DNA of 64,000 bases from an uncultured Clostridia bacterium (GTDB taxonomy: Bacteria; Bacillota; Clostridia; TANB77; CAG-508). Below, piece after piece: positions 21,951 through 32,642 of the stretch (position 1 is its first letter; each line of letters opens with the position of its first letter). Under the pieces are notes generated by a model. It searched no databases. It saw only the letters and a list, made by a program, of their open reading frames with translations, and was not told where the DNA came from. Location of the stretch: positions 13,374 through 77,373 of the forward strand of contig CAKPQL010000003.1 in assembly GCA_934178555.1 (NCBI GenBank), written 5' to 3'. Both the position numbers and the translations under genes were made by a program.

Positions 21951-21990
21951 AAAAAGCCAAACAACGAGATTTTGTTGTTTGGCTTTTTTG
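21951..21990. terminator. bidirectional terminator
   Basis: aagccaaacaac gagatttt gttgtttggctt followed by ttttt. Lies between the small ORF (+) and the Ord-like gene (-). Confidence 0.6.
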
Positions 21991-21991
21991 A

Positions 21992-23065
21992 TTATTTTAT
22001 ATACTCATCTAATGATTTCGTTCTGTATTCTAAATCTCCAAATTTTTCTGTTGTAACATATCCAGGTGCAGATTTTATTACATCTGGTATTCTATTTACT
22101 ATTGTTGCACATGTTAATTCTACTGTATTTGGTCTTGCTATTACCAATGTTGTTGTTGGCTCTCCTTCTATTGTCCACTCATTTTTATCATAATCATCTT
22201 TTGAATATACTTTTCCAATACACTCTGATTCTATTTCTATTCCCTCTTTAGTTTTTGTTGTTACAACTGCACTCATTCCTGTTGCATCTCCTGCTTTAAC
22301 TGTCATATTCAATGTTGATGAGAATATATCTTCTGTGTGTGTTTGTGGTACGCATTTTTGTGTTTGACTAATTGGTGTTAGTCCTAATTTTGAGCATAAC
22401 CAACCATTTACATTCCACATATATGATGGTAAAAATTCTCCTGCATTTATTAATTTTTGTCTTTCTGCTTCGCTTATGTTATCTGCAGATGCGATTTTTT
22501 CTTCAAAATCTTTTAGAGTTAAACCTGCTCCATGTGCCTCTGCTAATGCTATTCCGTATTCTTCTACATTATAGCTTGAACTACCTTTTATTTTTGTTAT
22601 TTTATGTGTTGATGCAGCAACGCTTGTTATAAGTTGTCCCCAATATATATCTTGATATCCGCTTCCTGTAATTGTACAATTATTTTTCTTTGCTAATTCA
22701 TCTATTTTATTAGTTAATTCTGGATTTGAATTTATTGGATAAAATGCCTCTTCACAAGTTGTTATAGCATTTATTCCAAGTTCTGCACATAACATTAATG
22801 GCTCTTTTAAGTCATTAAATAAGCTCATTGTTGTAACTATACAAATATCTGGTCTTGTGCTTTCTAGCATAGCTCTTGCATCTTTTGTTGATACTACTGT
22901 TACATTTTTCTTTTCTGTTCCAAGTATGTCTCCTATGTCTTTTCCGATAACTGCTGGATTTATATCTATTGCTCCAACAATTTCTCCTCCTTTTTCATAT
23001 ACATAACGCATTGTGTATAATGACATTTTGCCTACACCATATTGTACTACTCTTAATTTACTCAT
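21992..23065 (-). CDS. DapB-like NAD(P)-binding oxidoreductase, possibly 2,4-diaminopentanoate dehydrogenase (Ord) family
   Basis: N-terminal Rossmann motif LRVVQYGVGKMS and DapB-like fold. Start chosen at the internal Met (MSKLRVV). Confidence 0.45.
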   Translation of the reverse strand: MSKLRVVQYGVGKMSLYTMRYVYEKGGEIVGAIDINPAVIGKDIGDILGTEKKNVTVVSTKDARAMLESTRPDICIVTTMSLFNDLKEPLMLCAELGINAITTCEEAFYPINSNPELTNKIDELAKKNNCTITGSGYQDIYWGQLITSVAASTHKITKIKGSSSYNVEEYGIALAEAHGAGLTLKDFEEKIASADNISEAERQKLINAGEFLPSYMWNVNGWLCSKLGLTPISQTQKCVPQTHTEDIFSSTLNMTVKAGDATGMSAVVTTKTKEGIEIESECIGKVYSKDDYDKNEWTIEGEPTTTLVIARPNTVELTCATIVNRIPDVIKSAPGYVTTEKFGDLEYRTKSLDEYIK

Positions 23066-23197
23066 AATACATATCTCTCCTTTCAAAATATCATAGATAG
23101 ATTATATACCAATTGTAAATTATTATACAATATATTTTTTAAATTTAATTACTACTAATGTTTCTAAATTATTAAAAAGTAGGAGAAAATACAGTAA

Positions 23198-24142
23198 CTA
23201 ATTTAATGCTTCTTTTATATTTTTCAAATTCTGTTTCATTATAGACAAATATGTTACACCATTTTCTAAATCCTCAGCTGTTACATTATGTGCTGTATGG
23301 AAAACCAATGCTTTTGCATTTGTTTCATTTGCTATCATATTTGCAACCTTTCCTTCTGACAATTCTTGATAAAATATAACTGGTATTTTTTCATTGTTTA
23401 TTGTATCTACTATTTCTTTTATTTTTGCTACACTTGGCTCTGCACCTTCGCCGCATCCGTCATATGCTGTTGCGTATTCTAAGCCATATCTTTTTATAAA
23501 ATAGATATATGCAAATTCTCCACCAAATACCAATTTATTTCTTTTCGAACTATCTACTGTTTTCTTTATTTGACTATCTAGCTCCTCTAATTCTTTTATA
23601 TATTCTTCTGCATTTTTTCTAAAATATTCTGCATTTTCTGGAGATACCTCACATAACTTATCTGTTATATTATTTATCATTTTTATTGAATTAATTGGGT
23701 CTAGCCACGCATGTGCATCATATTTATGAGCCTCATCGTGTTCGTCTTCATCCTCACTATGATTATGTTCTATTTCTATTAGTCCTATATTATCTGCCGC
23801 TTGCAATATTTTAGTATCTGAATCTATACTATTGGCTATTTTTGTAGCCCATGGCTCCATATCATCGCTAGTATATATAAACATATTTGCCTCATTTATA
23901 TTTATTATATCTTTTGGAGTTGGCTCATACGTATGACTTTCTGTTCCTGGTGGAAGTAATATTTTTACATTTACCTTTTCTTTTCCTATTTGTTTTACGA
24001 AATCATATTCTGGGAATAAACTTGTAACAACTGTTATTTTTTCAGTTGAATTATTAGTAGAGGTATTAGTTTTATTTGCTATAAAAAAAATAATTCCCAT
24101 TATTATTATAAATGTTAAAAATACAGCTATTATTTTTCTCAT
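23198..24142 (-). CDS. metal (zinc) ABC transporter substrate-binding lipoprotein, ZnuA/AdcA family
   Basis: Signal/TM, TroA-like fold, and a His/Asp/Glu-rich loop HNHSEDEDEHDEAHKYDAHAW typical of ZnuA. Confidence 0.75.
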   Translation of the reverse strand: MRKIIAVFLTFIIIMGIIFFIANKTNTSTNNSTEKITVVTSLFPEYDFVKQIGKEKVNVKILLPPGTESHTYEPTPKDIININEANMFIYTSDDMEPWATKIANSIDSDTKILQAADNIGLIEIEHNHSEDEDEHDEAHKYDAHAWLDPINSIKMINNITDKLCEVSPENAEYFRKNAEEYIKELEELDSQIKKTVDSSKRNKLVFGGEFAYIYFIKRYGLEYATAYDGCGEGAEPSVAKIKEIVDTINNEKIPVIFYQELSEGKVANMIANETNAKALVFHTAHNVTAEDLENGVTYLSIMKQNLKNIKEALN

Positions 24143-24176
24143 TTTTATTTCCTCCTTTTGGATTATTCATAAATTA

Positions 24177-24752
24177 TTACATCATTTTTTGTCTTAGCAT
24201 TTCTAAAGCCTTTCGTCTACTACTTATTGCATTTTTTTCTTCTGATGATAATTCTGCTTGTGTTCTTCCATCATCTAACTCAAATATTACATCAAATCCA
24301 AATCCATTCTGTCCTCTTGGACTCTTAGCAATATGCCCTACATTTTCAGCCTGTACTACTATCTCTTTTCCATTTGGTTCTACATATGCCATACTTACAC
24401 AATGTCTTGCAACTCTCTTTTCTTTTGGTAATTCTTTCATTCTTTCTAATATATATTTATTTTTTTCTTCCCAAGTTACATTTTCTCCTAAACACCTTGC
24501 TGTCATTATGCCTGGCCATCCATTGAATTCGTCTATACATAAGCCACTATCATCTGCTATACAATTCATTTGAGTAGCTTTTGATATTTCTTTTGCTTTT
24601 TTTAATGCATTTTCTTTAAATGTTGTTCTATCTTCTATTACATCTATTTTACAGTTTATATCATCTAAAGAAATTATTTCATAATCTTTTAATATTTCCT
24701 TTATTTCTCGTAATTTTCCTTTGTTTGTTGTTGCTACAAGTATCTTTTGCAT
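24177..24752 (-). CDS. rdgB: non-canonical purine NTP pyrophosphatase RdgB/HAM1
   Basis: MQKILVATTNKGKLREIKEIL... at the internal Met; conserved Ham1 motifs. Confidence 0.85.
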   Translation of the reverse strand: MQKILVATTNKGKLREIKEILKDYEIISLDDINCKIDVIEDRTTFKENALKKAKEISKATQMNCIADDSGLCIDEFNGWPGIMTARCLGENVTWEEKNKYILERMKELPKEKRVARHCVSMAYVEPNGKEIVVQAENVGHIAKSPRGQNGFGFDVIFELDDGRTQAELSSEEKNAISSRRKALEMLRQKMM

Positions 24753-24851
24753 TTTAATTCCTCCTTGAATTATATATTCAAATTGTAAAAAAACTAATAT
24801 CAAATACTATTAAAAGTATAAAAGCGAATTAAAAGTAATTTAAATCTATGT

Positions 24852-26821
24852 CTACAACAATTTTTCTAATTCTTTTATTTTATCTCTTAATTCTGCTGCC
24901 TTTTCGAATTCCATTTGACTTGCATGTTTTAGCATTTCATCTGTTAACTTATTTATTATACTTTCTATAGTTTCTCCTTCTTCTATATCATATTTTGATT
25001 GTACATCTTCAACCACAGTAGCTTTTATTGTATCTCTTATAGATTTTTTTATTGTTTGTGGTGTTATGTTGTGTTCTTTGTTGTATTGCTCTTGTATTTG
25101 TCTTCTTCTATTTGTTTCTGTTATTGCTTTTTCCATAGATTCTGTTAATTCATCTGCATACATTATAACTTTCCCATCTGCATTTCTTGCAGCACGTCCT
25201 ATTGTTTGTATTAGTGACCTTTCTGAACGAAGAAAGCCTTCCTTATCTGCATCTAATATTGCAACTAAAGATACCTCTGGAATATCTAACCCTTCTCTTA
25301 GCAAGTTTATTCCAACTAGAACATCAAACTCTCCGAAGTCTTAAGTTTCTTATTATTTCCATTCTTTCTAGTGCTTTTATATCAGAATGCATATAGTTTA
25401 CTTTTATATCTATGTTTTTTAAATATGCTGTTAAATCTTCTGCCATTTTTTTAGTTAATGTTGTTACTAAAACTCTTTCATTTTTTTCTACTCTTTTTCT
25501 TATTTCTATTATCAAATCATCTATTTGATTTTCTATTGGTTTTACCTCTATTTTTGGATCTAATAGCCCTGTTGGTCTTATTATTTGCTCTACTATTTCT
25601 CCTTTTGAATGTTCCCTTTCATATTCTGCAGGAGTTGCACTAACAAATATACATTGATTAATTCTTTCTTCGAATTCTTCAAATTTTAATGGCCTATTAT
25701 CATATGCTGATGGTAACCTAAAACCATAGTTTACAAGTGAATCTTTTCTTGCCCTATCTCCATTATACATTCCCTTAACTTGTGGAAGTGTAACATGTGA
25801 TTCGTCTACTACTAACAAGAAATCGTCTGGAAAATAATCAAATAATGTAAATGGTGGACTTCCTGCTGGTCTTCCACTAATATGCCTTGAATAATTTTCT
25901 ATTCCTTGGCAAAATCCGGTTTCTTTTAGCATCTCTATATCAAAATTAGTTCTTTCCTCTATTCTTTGTGCTTCTATAAATTTATTTTGAGATTTAAAAT
26001 ATTCAACTCTTTCTTCCATTTCTTTTTCTATTGTTTCTATTGCTTTATCTCTTTTTTCATCTGTTGTAACATAATGTGAATTTGGGAAAATCATTACATG
26101 GTTTCTTGTTCCTATGGTTTTTCCTGTTAATGGGTTTATTTCAGATATTTTATCTATTTCATCTCCAAAAAATTCTACTCTTATTGCTTTTTCATTTTCC
26201 CCAGATGGGTATATTTCAACTATATCTCCCTTTGCCCTAAAAGTACCTCTTTTAAAGTCCATCTCATTTCTTGTATATTGCATTTTTACTAATTTTTTTA
26301 GTACCTCATCTCTACTTTTTTCCATTCCAGGACGCAAAGATATTATTAAATTTTCATAGTCTATAGGATCTCCTAAACCATATATGCAAGAAACAGATGC
26401 TACTACTATTACATTCTTTGTTTCAAACAAAGCAGCAGTTGCCGAATGGCGCAACTTATCTATTTCATCATTAATGGATGCATCTTTTTCTATATAAGTA
26501 TCAGATTTTGCAATATATGCTTCTGGCTGATAATAGTCATAATAAGAGACAAAATATTCAACTTGGTTTTCTGGAAAGAATTCCTTAAATTCTGAATAAA
26601 GTTGCCCTGCAAGTGTTTTATTGTGTGCTAAAATAAGTGTTGGTTTTTGCACTTTTTGTATTACATTTGCTATTGTAAAGGTCTTTCCGGGAACCTGTAA
26701 CACCTAATAATGTTTGAAATTTTTTGCCTTGTTTTATTCCATTACTCAAATATTCAATTGCTTGTGGTTGATCTCCTGTTGGAGTATATTCTGAATGTAA
26801 TTTAAACATATTTTCCTCCAA
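24852..26821 (-). pseudogene. uvrB: excinuclease ABC subunit B, interrupted by two +1 frameshifts at in-frame CGG codons (26687-26690 in Walker A; 25333-25335); apparent pseudogene or recoded CDS
   Basis: Three ORF pieces (26618..26821, 25324..26703, 24852..25304). Site 1: GGT TCC CGG AAA GAC C should read GGT TCC GGA AAG ACC = GSGKT. Site 2: CTT CGG AGA GTT TGA should read CTT GGA GAG TTT GAT = [22 protein letters not shown]. Total 1970 nt = 656 codons + 2 extra nt. Confidence 0.85.
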
Positions 26822-26836
26822 TATACTTTTCTATGT

Positions 26837-27604
26837 TTATTTAGCAATTTTATCATTTATGATATCTTTAATAACTTCTCCTGCAATAATTAATCCAGCA
26901 ACTGATGGTACAAATGATATACTACCTGGAATTTGATTTTTTATTGTGCATTTTCTTTTCGTTCCTGGTGGGCATATGCAGTGTGTTTTACAAGTATTTT
27001 CTGTTTGCTCATATGGTTTTATTGGTTCTTCTTTTGAATATACTACTTTTAATTTTTCTATTCCTCTTGCTCTTAGTTCTTTTCTCATTACTTTTGCAAG
27101 TGGACACACGCTTGTTTTATATATATCTGTAACTTCAAATCTCGTTGGGTCTAGCTTATTTCCAGTTCCCATTGCAGATATTATCGGTATGTTCAATGCA
27201 TTTGCCTGCATTACTAATTCTATTTTAGCAGTTACTGTATCTACTGCATCTATTATATAATTTACATCATTATCTAATATGTTTTTCTCTGAATTTGGCA
27301 TATAAAACTCTTTATATGTTTCGACTTTAGCATCCGGATTAATTTCTAATATTCTTTCTGCCATTATATCTACTTTGTACTTTCCTATTGTTTTTCTTGT
27401 AGCATGAATTTGTCTGTTTAAATTAGTTAAACAAACTTTATCATCATCTATTAATATAAATTTTTTTACGCCAGCTCTTACTAATCCTTCTGCAACAAAT
27501 GAACCTACTCCACCTATTCCAAATATTGCTACTTTTACTTTACTTAATTTATCTAATCCATCTTTACCAATTAATAGTTCTGTTCTTGAAAATTGATTTA
27601 ACAT
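26837..27604 (-). CDS. tcdA: tRNA threonylcarbamoyladenosine dehydratase (ThiF/MoeB family)
   Basis: FGIGGVGSFVAEGLVRAGVKKFILIDDDKVCLTNLNRQIHA, a ThiF-type E1-like fold. Confidence 0.75.
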   Translation of the reverse strand: MLNQFSRTELLIGKDGLDKLSKVKVAIFGIGGVGSFVAEGLVRAGVKKFILIDDDKVCLTNLNRQIHATRKTIGKYKVDIMAERILEINPDAKVETYKEFYMPNSEKNILDNDVNYIIDAVDTVTAKIELVMQANALNIPIISAMGTGNKLDPTRFEVTDIYKTSVCPLAKVMRKELRARGIEKLKVVYSKEEPIKPYEQTENTCKTHCICPPGTKRKCTIKNQIPGSISFVPSVAGLIIAGEVIKDIINDKIAK

Positions 27605-27681
27605 TATATTACTCCTATTTTTTTATTTATTTTTATTGAATTACTTCACATATATAAATTTTTACCATTATTCTATTAATA

Positions 27682-28827
27682 TTATAGTTTAATTACTTTT
27701 TCCCATGTTAAATTTTCTTTCCCAAAGTGACCATAATTCGTAGTTTTTTTATAAATAGGTTTCTGTAAATCTAAATAATTTATAATTCCTCTTGGAGTTA
27801 AATCAAATTTACTATACAATTTTTCTACTATTTCACTTTCTGGTATTATAGCTGTTCCAAATGTTTCTACAAAAATTGATATTGGCTTTGCAACTCCTAT
27901 TGCATAAGATAATTGTATTTCACATTTTTTTGCCCATCCATTTGCTACAATGTTTTTGGCTAAATGTCTTGCCATATATGATGCTGATCTATCTACTTTT
28001 GTTGCATCTTTTCCAGAGAAAGCTCCTCCTCCATGTCTTGCATATCCACCATATGTATCTACTATTATTTTTCTTCCTGTTAAACCACTATCACCTAGTG
28101 GACCACCTATAACAAATCTACCTGTTGGATTTATATAATATTTTGTGTTTTCATCTAATAAGTTACTTGGTATCACTTCATTTATAACTTTTTCTTTTAT
28201 ATCTTTTTTTAGCACTTCTAAATCAACATCTTCATTATGTTCTGCAGATACAACTATAGTATGTATTCTTACTGGTTTATCATCTTCGTATTCTACTGTT
28301 ACTTGAGTTTTTCCATCTGGTCTCAAATAATCAATTATTTTTTGTTTTCTAACTTCTGTTAATTTTTTTGCTAAAGCATGTGCTAAATAAATTGGCATTG
28401 GCATTAAGTTTTCAGTTTCATCACAAGCAAAACCAAACATTATTCCTTGGTCTCCAGCACCTTCTGAAATTACATTTTCTCCATCCTTTTCTTCTAATGA
28501 TTTGTTTACTCCTAAAGCAATATCTGGAGATTGTTTTGATATATTAATATGCACTTTACAAGTTCTATAATCTATATCTTGATTAGCATTATCATATCCA
28601 ATATCTTTTATAGCTTGTCTTACTATGTTTTCAATATCTATTTCTTCTGCAGTAGAACTTATTTCTCCTGTTACTATTATTTCTCCTTTTCCTGCAACTG
28701 TTTCGCAAGCCACTCTTGCATTTTTATCTTTTTCTAAGTATGCATCTAAAACACTATCTGATATGTAATCACATAATTTATCTGGATGTCCTTCTGTTAC
28801 ACTTTCTGATGTAAATAATTTTCTCAT
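27682..28827 (-). CDS. metK: S-adenosylmethionine synthetase
   Basis: [21 protein letters not shown]-terminus; full length. Confidence 0.95.
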   Translation of the reverse strand: MRKLFTSESVTEGHPDKLCDYISDSVLDAYLEKDKNARVACETVAGKGEIIVTGEISSTAEEIDIENIVRQAIKDIGYDNANQDIDYRTCKVHINISKQSPDIALGVNKSLEEKDGENVISEGAGDQGIMFGFACDETENLMPMPIYLAHALAKKLTEVRKQKIIDYLRPDGKTQVTVEYEDDKPVRIHTIVVSAEHNEDVDLEVLKKDIKEKVINEVIPSNLLDENTKYYINPTGRFVIGGPLGDSGLTGRKIIVDTYGGYARHGGGAFSGKDATKVDRSASYMARHLAKNIVANGWAKKCEIQLSYAIGVAKPISIFVETFGTAIIPESEIVEKLYSKFDLTPRGIINYLDLQKPIYKKTTNYGHFGKENLTWEKVIKL

Positions 28828-28843
28828 TTTTGTTCCTTCTTTC

Positions 28844-29902
28844 TTAATATATTATTTTTCCTCCACCCAATACTATATCTTCTACATAAAATACTGCAGA
28901 CTGACCTGGTGTAATTCTTGCCACTGGATTATCAAATACTACCTTTATTAAATCTTTTTCAATTAATTCTATTGTTGCTTTTTCTTCTACACTTGAATAT
29001 CTTGTTTTTACAGTAACATTCATTTTTTCCTTTAACTCATCTATTAGCAATAAATTTATCTCATTTACAAACATTTCTGTCTTATAGATGTCTTGTTTTT
29101 CTCCAACTATTACTTCATTTTTTTCTTTATTAAAACCTATTACAAATAACGGTTCTTTATATGAAATACCTAATCCTTTTCTTTGTCCAATTGTATAGTT
29201 ATATAATCCATTATGCTTTCCTAAAACTTTTCCATCTTTGTTTACAATATTTCCTTTAGTTGGTTTTAAGTCCGAATTATTTTCTAAAAATTTTTTATAA
29301 TTACCATCTGGCACAAAGCAAATATCTTCACTATCTGGTTTATTTGCGACTTTTAAATTATTATTTCTTGCAATTTCTCTTATTTGTTCTTTGTTTTCAA
29401 ACTCTGCTAGTGGAAATAATATATGTTCTATTAAGTCTTTTGGTATATTCCACAAAACATAACTTTGATCCTTTTTGCCTGCATTTGATTTTTTTAATAC
29501 CCATCTTTTATAATCAGTACTATATTCTGTTTTAGCATAATGACCTGTTGCTATATAATTGCAACCTAATTCTTTTGCCTTTTCGCGCATTAAACCAAAT
29601 TTCATATATTTATTACATTCAATACATGGATTAGGAGTTTTACAATTTGCATAACAATTTATAAAATCATTTATAACATACTTTTTAAATTCATTTTTAT
29701 AATCATATGTAAAGTGTGGTATTCCAATAGAATTGCACACATTTTTTGCATCAATATAAGTATTTATATTACAGCAACTGCTTCCAGCAAATAATTCTAG
29801 TGTTGCTCCTATTACATCATACCCCTGTTCCTTTAATAGTAAAGCTGATACAGAGCTATCAACTCCCCCACTCATTCCTAACAATACTTTTTTATTTTCC
29901 AT
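28844..29902 (-). CDS. mnmA: tRNA 2-thiouridine(34) synthase MnmA
   Basis: PP-loop [12 protein letters not shown]; MnmA length and blocks. Confidence 0.9.
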   Translation of the reverse strand: MENKKVLLGMSGGVDSSVSALLLKEQGYDVIGATLELFAGSSCCNINTYIDAKNVCNSIGIPHFTYDYKNEFKKYVINDFINCYANCKTPNPCIECNKYMKFGLMREKAKELGCNYIATGHYAKTEYSTDYKRWVLKKSNAGKKDQSYVLWNIPKDLIEHILFPLAEFENKEQIREIARNNNLKVANKPDSEDICFVPDGNYKKFLENNSDLKPTKGNIVNKDGKVLGKHNGLYNYTIGQRKGLGISYKEPLFVIGFNKEKNEVIVGEKQDIYKTEMFVNEINLLLIDELKEKMNVTVKTRYSSVEEKATIELIEKDLIKVVFDNPVARITPGQSAVFYVEDIVLGGGKIIY

Positions 29903-30329
29903 TTTTATTTAATAAATCCTCCATTGTGTGCCAAGCAAGTAATGCACATTTTACTCTTGCCGGCATGTTTGATACATTTTTAAATGCAATAGCTTCTTCT
30001 AATTTTTTTAATTCTTCTTCATCTGTTGTTTCTCTCTTTATCATTTCTATAAATGTTTTTATAATTTCTTTTGCTTGTTCAAGTGTTTTTCCTTTTAAAA
30101 CGTCTATCATAACAGAAGTAGAGCTTTGAGAAATTGCACACCCATGTCCTGTAAATCCCATATCTTCTATTATATTTCCATTTAACTTTACTTCTATTTC
30201 AATTTCATCACCACAATTTGGATTATGTCCCTTTTCACAATAATCACAGCCATCTATATTTTTCTTATTATATGAATTCATACTATGTTCCATTATTATG
30301 TCATTATATAATTCATCTAAATTATCCAT
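29892..30329 (-). CDS. sufU: Fe-S cluster assembly scaffold SufU/NifU-like
   Basis: The conserved N-terminus MDNLDELYNDIIMEHS...NPNCGDEIEI...GHGCAIS begins at the internal Met. The longer ORF-track start would overlap sufS. Confidence 0.75.
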   Translation of the reverse strand: MDNLDELYNDIIMEHSMNSYNKKNIDGCDYCEKGHNPNCGDEIEIEVKLNGNIIEDMGFTGHGCAISQSSTSVMIDVLKGKTLEQAKEIIKTFIEMIKRETTDEEELKKLEEAIAFKNVSNMPARVKCALLAWHTMEDLLNKNGK

Positions 30330-30378
30330 TTTTATTTCCTTTCTAATACATATAGCAACATGTAATGCAGTTTTATTG

Positions 30379-31593
30379 TTATTTTGAAATATATTTTTCA
30401 AACATTTTATAAGCTTTTTTTAGCGCAAAAACAAGTTTATCTATATCTTCTTTTGTATTATAAATATAAAAACTTGCCCTACACGTAGAATCAATATTTA
30501 AAAATCTCATAAGTGGTTGTGCACAATGATTTCCTGACCTTATGCATACTCCTTCCGCATCTAAAATGCTTGCAACATCATGAGGATGAACTCCTTCTAT
30601 ATTAAAAGAAATAACTGCAGAATGATTTTCTTTATTTGGTGTCATATATAGTTTTAAGAAATCTAATTTCTTTAAATTTTCTCTTGCATAATTCATTAAT
30701 TCTTCTTCTATTTTACCTATTTCATCATATCCGATATTTTCTATATAATCTATAGCTGCACCTAATCCTATAACACCCTCCACATTTTGTGTTCCCGCTT
30801 CAAATTTATTTGGTAATGGGGCAAATGTAGTATTTTGCTCATATACATATTCAATCATATCTCCACCCATTAAAAATGGATTCATTTTATTTAGTAATTC
30901 TCTTTTTCCATAAAGCACACCAATTCCTAATGGTGCAAGCATTTTGTGTCCAGAAAAAACTAAAAAATCCGCATCTAAATCTTGTACATCAATTCTCATA
31001 TGAGGTATGCTTTGTGAAGCATCTACAATTACTACTGCCCCTTTCTTATGTGCATATTTTATTATTTCTTTTACATTGTTAATTGTACCAAGTGCATTTG
31101 AAACATGAGTTATGCCAACAACTTTCGTTTTGTCTGTTATCTTTTTTTCAATTTCTTCTCTGGTTAATTCATATTCATCATTTATATACATATATTTTAA
31201 TATGCTATCTGTTTTTTTCGTTACATATTGCCATGGCACTAAATTGGAATGATGTTCCATTATTGAAATAACCACTTCATCATCTTTTTTTAAATTATCC
31301 AACCCATAAGAATATGCAATTAAATTTAAGCTTTCACTAGCATTTTTTGAAAAAATAATTTCTTCTGCATGTCTTGCATTTATAAATTTTGCAATTTTTA
31401 TTCTTGTATTTTCATATGCTTCTGTTGCATCTATACTTAGTGAATAAGCCCCTCTATGAGGATTTGCATTGTATTTATCATAAAACTCATTTATCTTTTC
31501 TATAACTTGTCTTGGTTTTTGTGTTGTTGCTCCATTATCTAAGTAACTAATTTGCCTATTTTCAAAAATTGGAAAGTCCTTTTTATAATCCAT
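30379..31593 (-). CDS. sufS: cysteine desulfurase SufS
   Basis: PLP-dependent class V aminotransferase; SGHK PLP-lysine and C-terminal RSGNHCA active-site Cys. Confidence 0.9.
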   Translation of the reverse strand: MDYKKDFPIFENRQISYLDNGATTQKPRQVIEKINEFYDKYNANPHRGAYSLSIDATEAYENTRIKIAKFINARHAEEIIFSKNASESLNLIAYSYGLDNLKKDDEVVISIMEHHSNLVPWQYVTKKTDSILKYMYINDEYELTREEIEKKITDKTKVVGITHVSNALGTINNVKEIIKYAHKKGAVVIVDASQSIPHMRIDVQDLDADFLVFSGHKMLAPLGIGVLYGKRELLNKMNPFLMGGDMIEYVYEQNTTFAPLPNKFEAGTQNVEGVIGLGAAIDYIENIGYDEIGKIEEELMNYARENLKKLDFLKLYMTPNKENHSAVISFNIEGVHPHDVASILDAEGVCIRSGNHCAQPLMRFLNIDSTCRASFYIYNTKEDIDKLVFALKKAYKMFEKYISK

Positions 31594-32642
31594 TAATCCA
31601 ATCTCCTATCTATTTCTTCTATAATATCATTTCTTATTTTTTCATCAGATATTCTTTGTAATATTTTATTAAATCTTGCTTTTACAATTAATTTTATCGC
31701 ATCACTATAATTTATACCTCTACTCATAATATAAAACAAATCTTTACTATCTACTTTTCCAGATGCTGTACTATGGTTTCCTTCAACATCTTCTTCTGTA
31801 CATAAAAGCATTGGCAAGGCAACAGATTTTGCTTTGTCTGATAGTAACATACAATATTCATTTTCATTTCCTTTTGCTTTTTTGCATCCCTTCTTAAAAT
31901 CAATTGTACCCTTAAAATGCTTTACACTACTACCTTTTAGTGCACCTTGTGCATCTATGTCTATGCTTGTTCTTTTTCCCTTTAATTCTGCTATATAGTT
32001 TATATCCTTTAATTGGTTTTCTATGCCTAAGTAAATTGTTTTTAAATCATCTCTTGCATTATCTCCTATAATATCAGAAAAATAGTTAGAAACGCTATTT
32101 TTAGCACCTATATCTATTATTGTATAACTAATACTAGCATTTTCATATATTTTATTTTGTATTGCTTCAAAATTATCTGATAAATTATTTAGTAAATTAA
32201 AAATTATTATATTTATCTTAGTATTTGGATTTGCAATAACATTAATAATTCCATTATGAAAACATTTTTTATTTGTATTAGATTTATATTCTATAAAAAT
32301 ATTAGCATCCTCAAAAGCTTGTATTTCTAGTTGATTAATTAATTCAAGATTCTCATCATCAAAGTTATATGCAATCCTAATGTTTTCATCTTTATTATTT
32401 ATAGATAGTTTTATTTTACTATTAGCATTTTCTACAACATTTTTATCTAATAAAGTTCCATTTCCATATATTAGTTTTACATTTTCATTACTCTTTTCTA
32501 TATGGTTATTTTCTGTTTGTATGCTTACTGTTTCAAATTTCTTCGGATTTGTTGGAAGTTCTACATCAGTTAATTTTATATTGTTTATTCCAAAATTTCT
32601 TGATGTTCTTAGTGGTGTTTCATTTACTTTTAATTCATTCAT
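31593..32642 (-). CDS. sufD: Fe-S cluster assembly protein SufD
   Basis: 349 aa SufB/SufD-family beta-helix protein. Position between sufB and sufS, with overlapping stop/start. Confidence 0.7.
   Translation of the reverse strand: MNELKVNETPLRTSRNFGINNIKLTDVELPTNPKKFETVSIQTENNHIEKSNENVKLIYGNGTLLDKNVVENANSKIKLSINNKDENIRIAYNFDDENLELINQLEIQAFEDANIFIEYKSNTNKKCFHNGIINVIANPNTKINIIIFNLLNNLSDNFEAIQNKIYENASISYTIIDIGAKNSVSNYFSDIIGDNARDDLKTIYLGIENQLKDINYIAELKGKRTSIDIDAQGALKGSSVKHFKGTIDFKKGCKKAKGNENEYCMLLSDKAKSVALPMLLCTEEDVEGNHSTASGKVDSKDLFYIMSRGINYSDAIKLIVKARFNKILQRISDEKIRNDIIEEIDRRLD

Noticed and set aside
24143-24176. Zur box upstream of the ZnuA-like gene
   Set aside because: Only 34 nt of intergenic sequence, with no convincing palindrome of the TAAATCGTAATNATTACGATTTA type.
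27605-28843. SAM (S-box) riboswitch upstream of metK
   Set aside because: metK starts 16 nt after the mnmA stop, with no leader long enough for an S-box. It is apparently co-transcribed.
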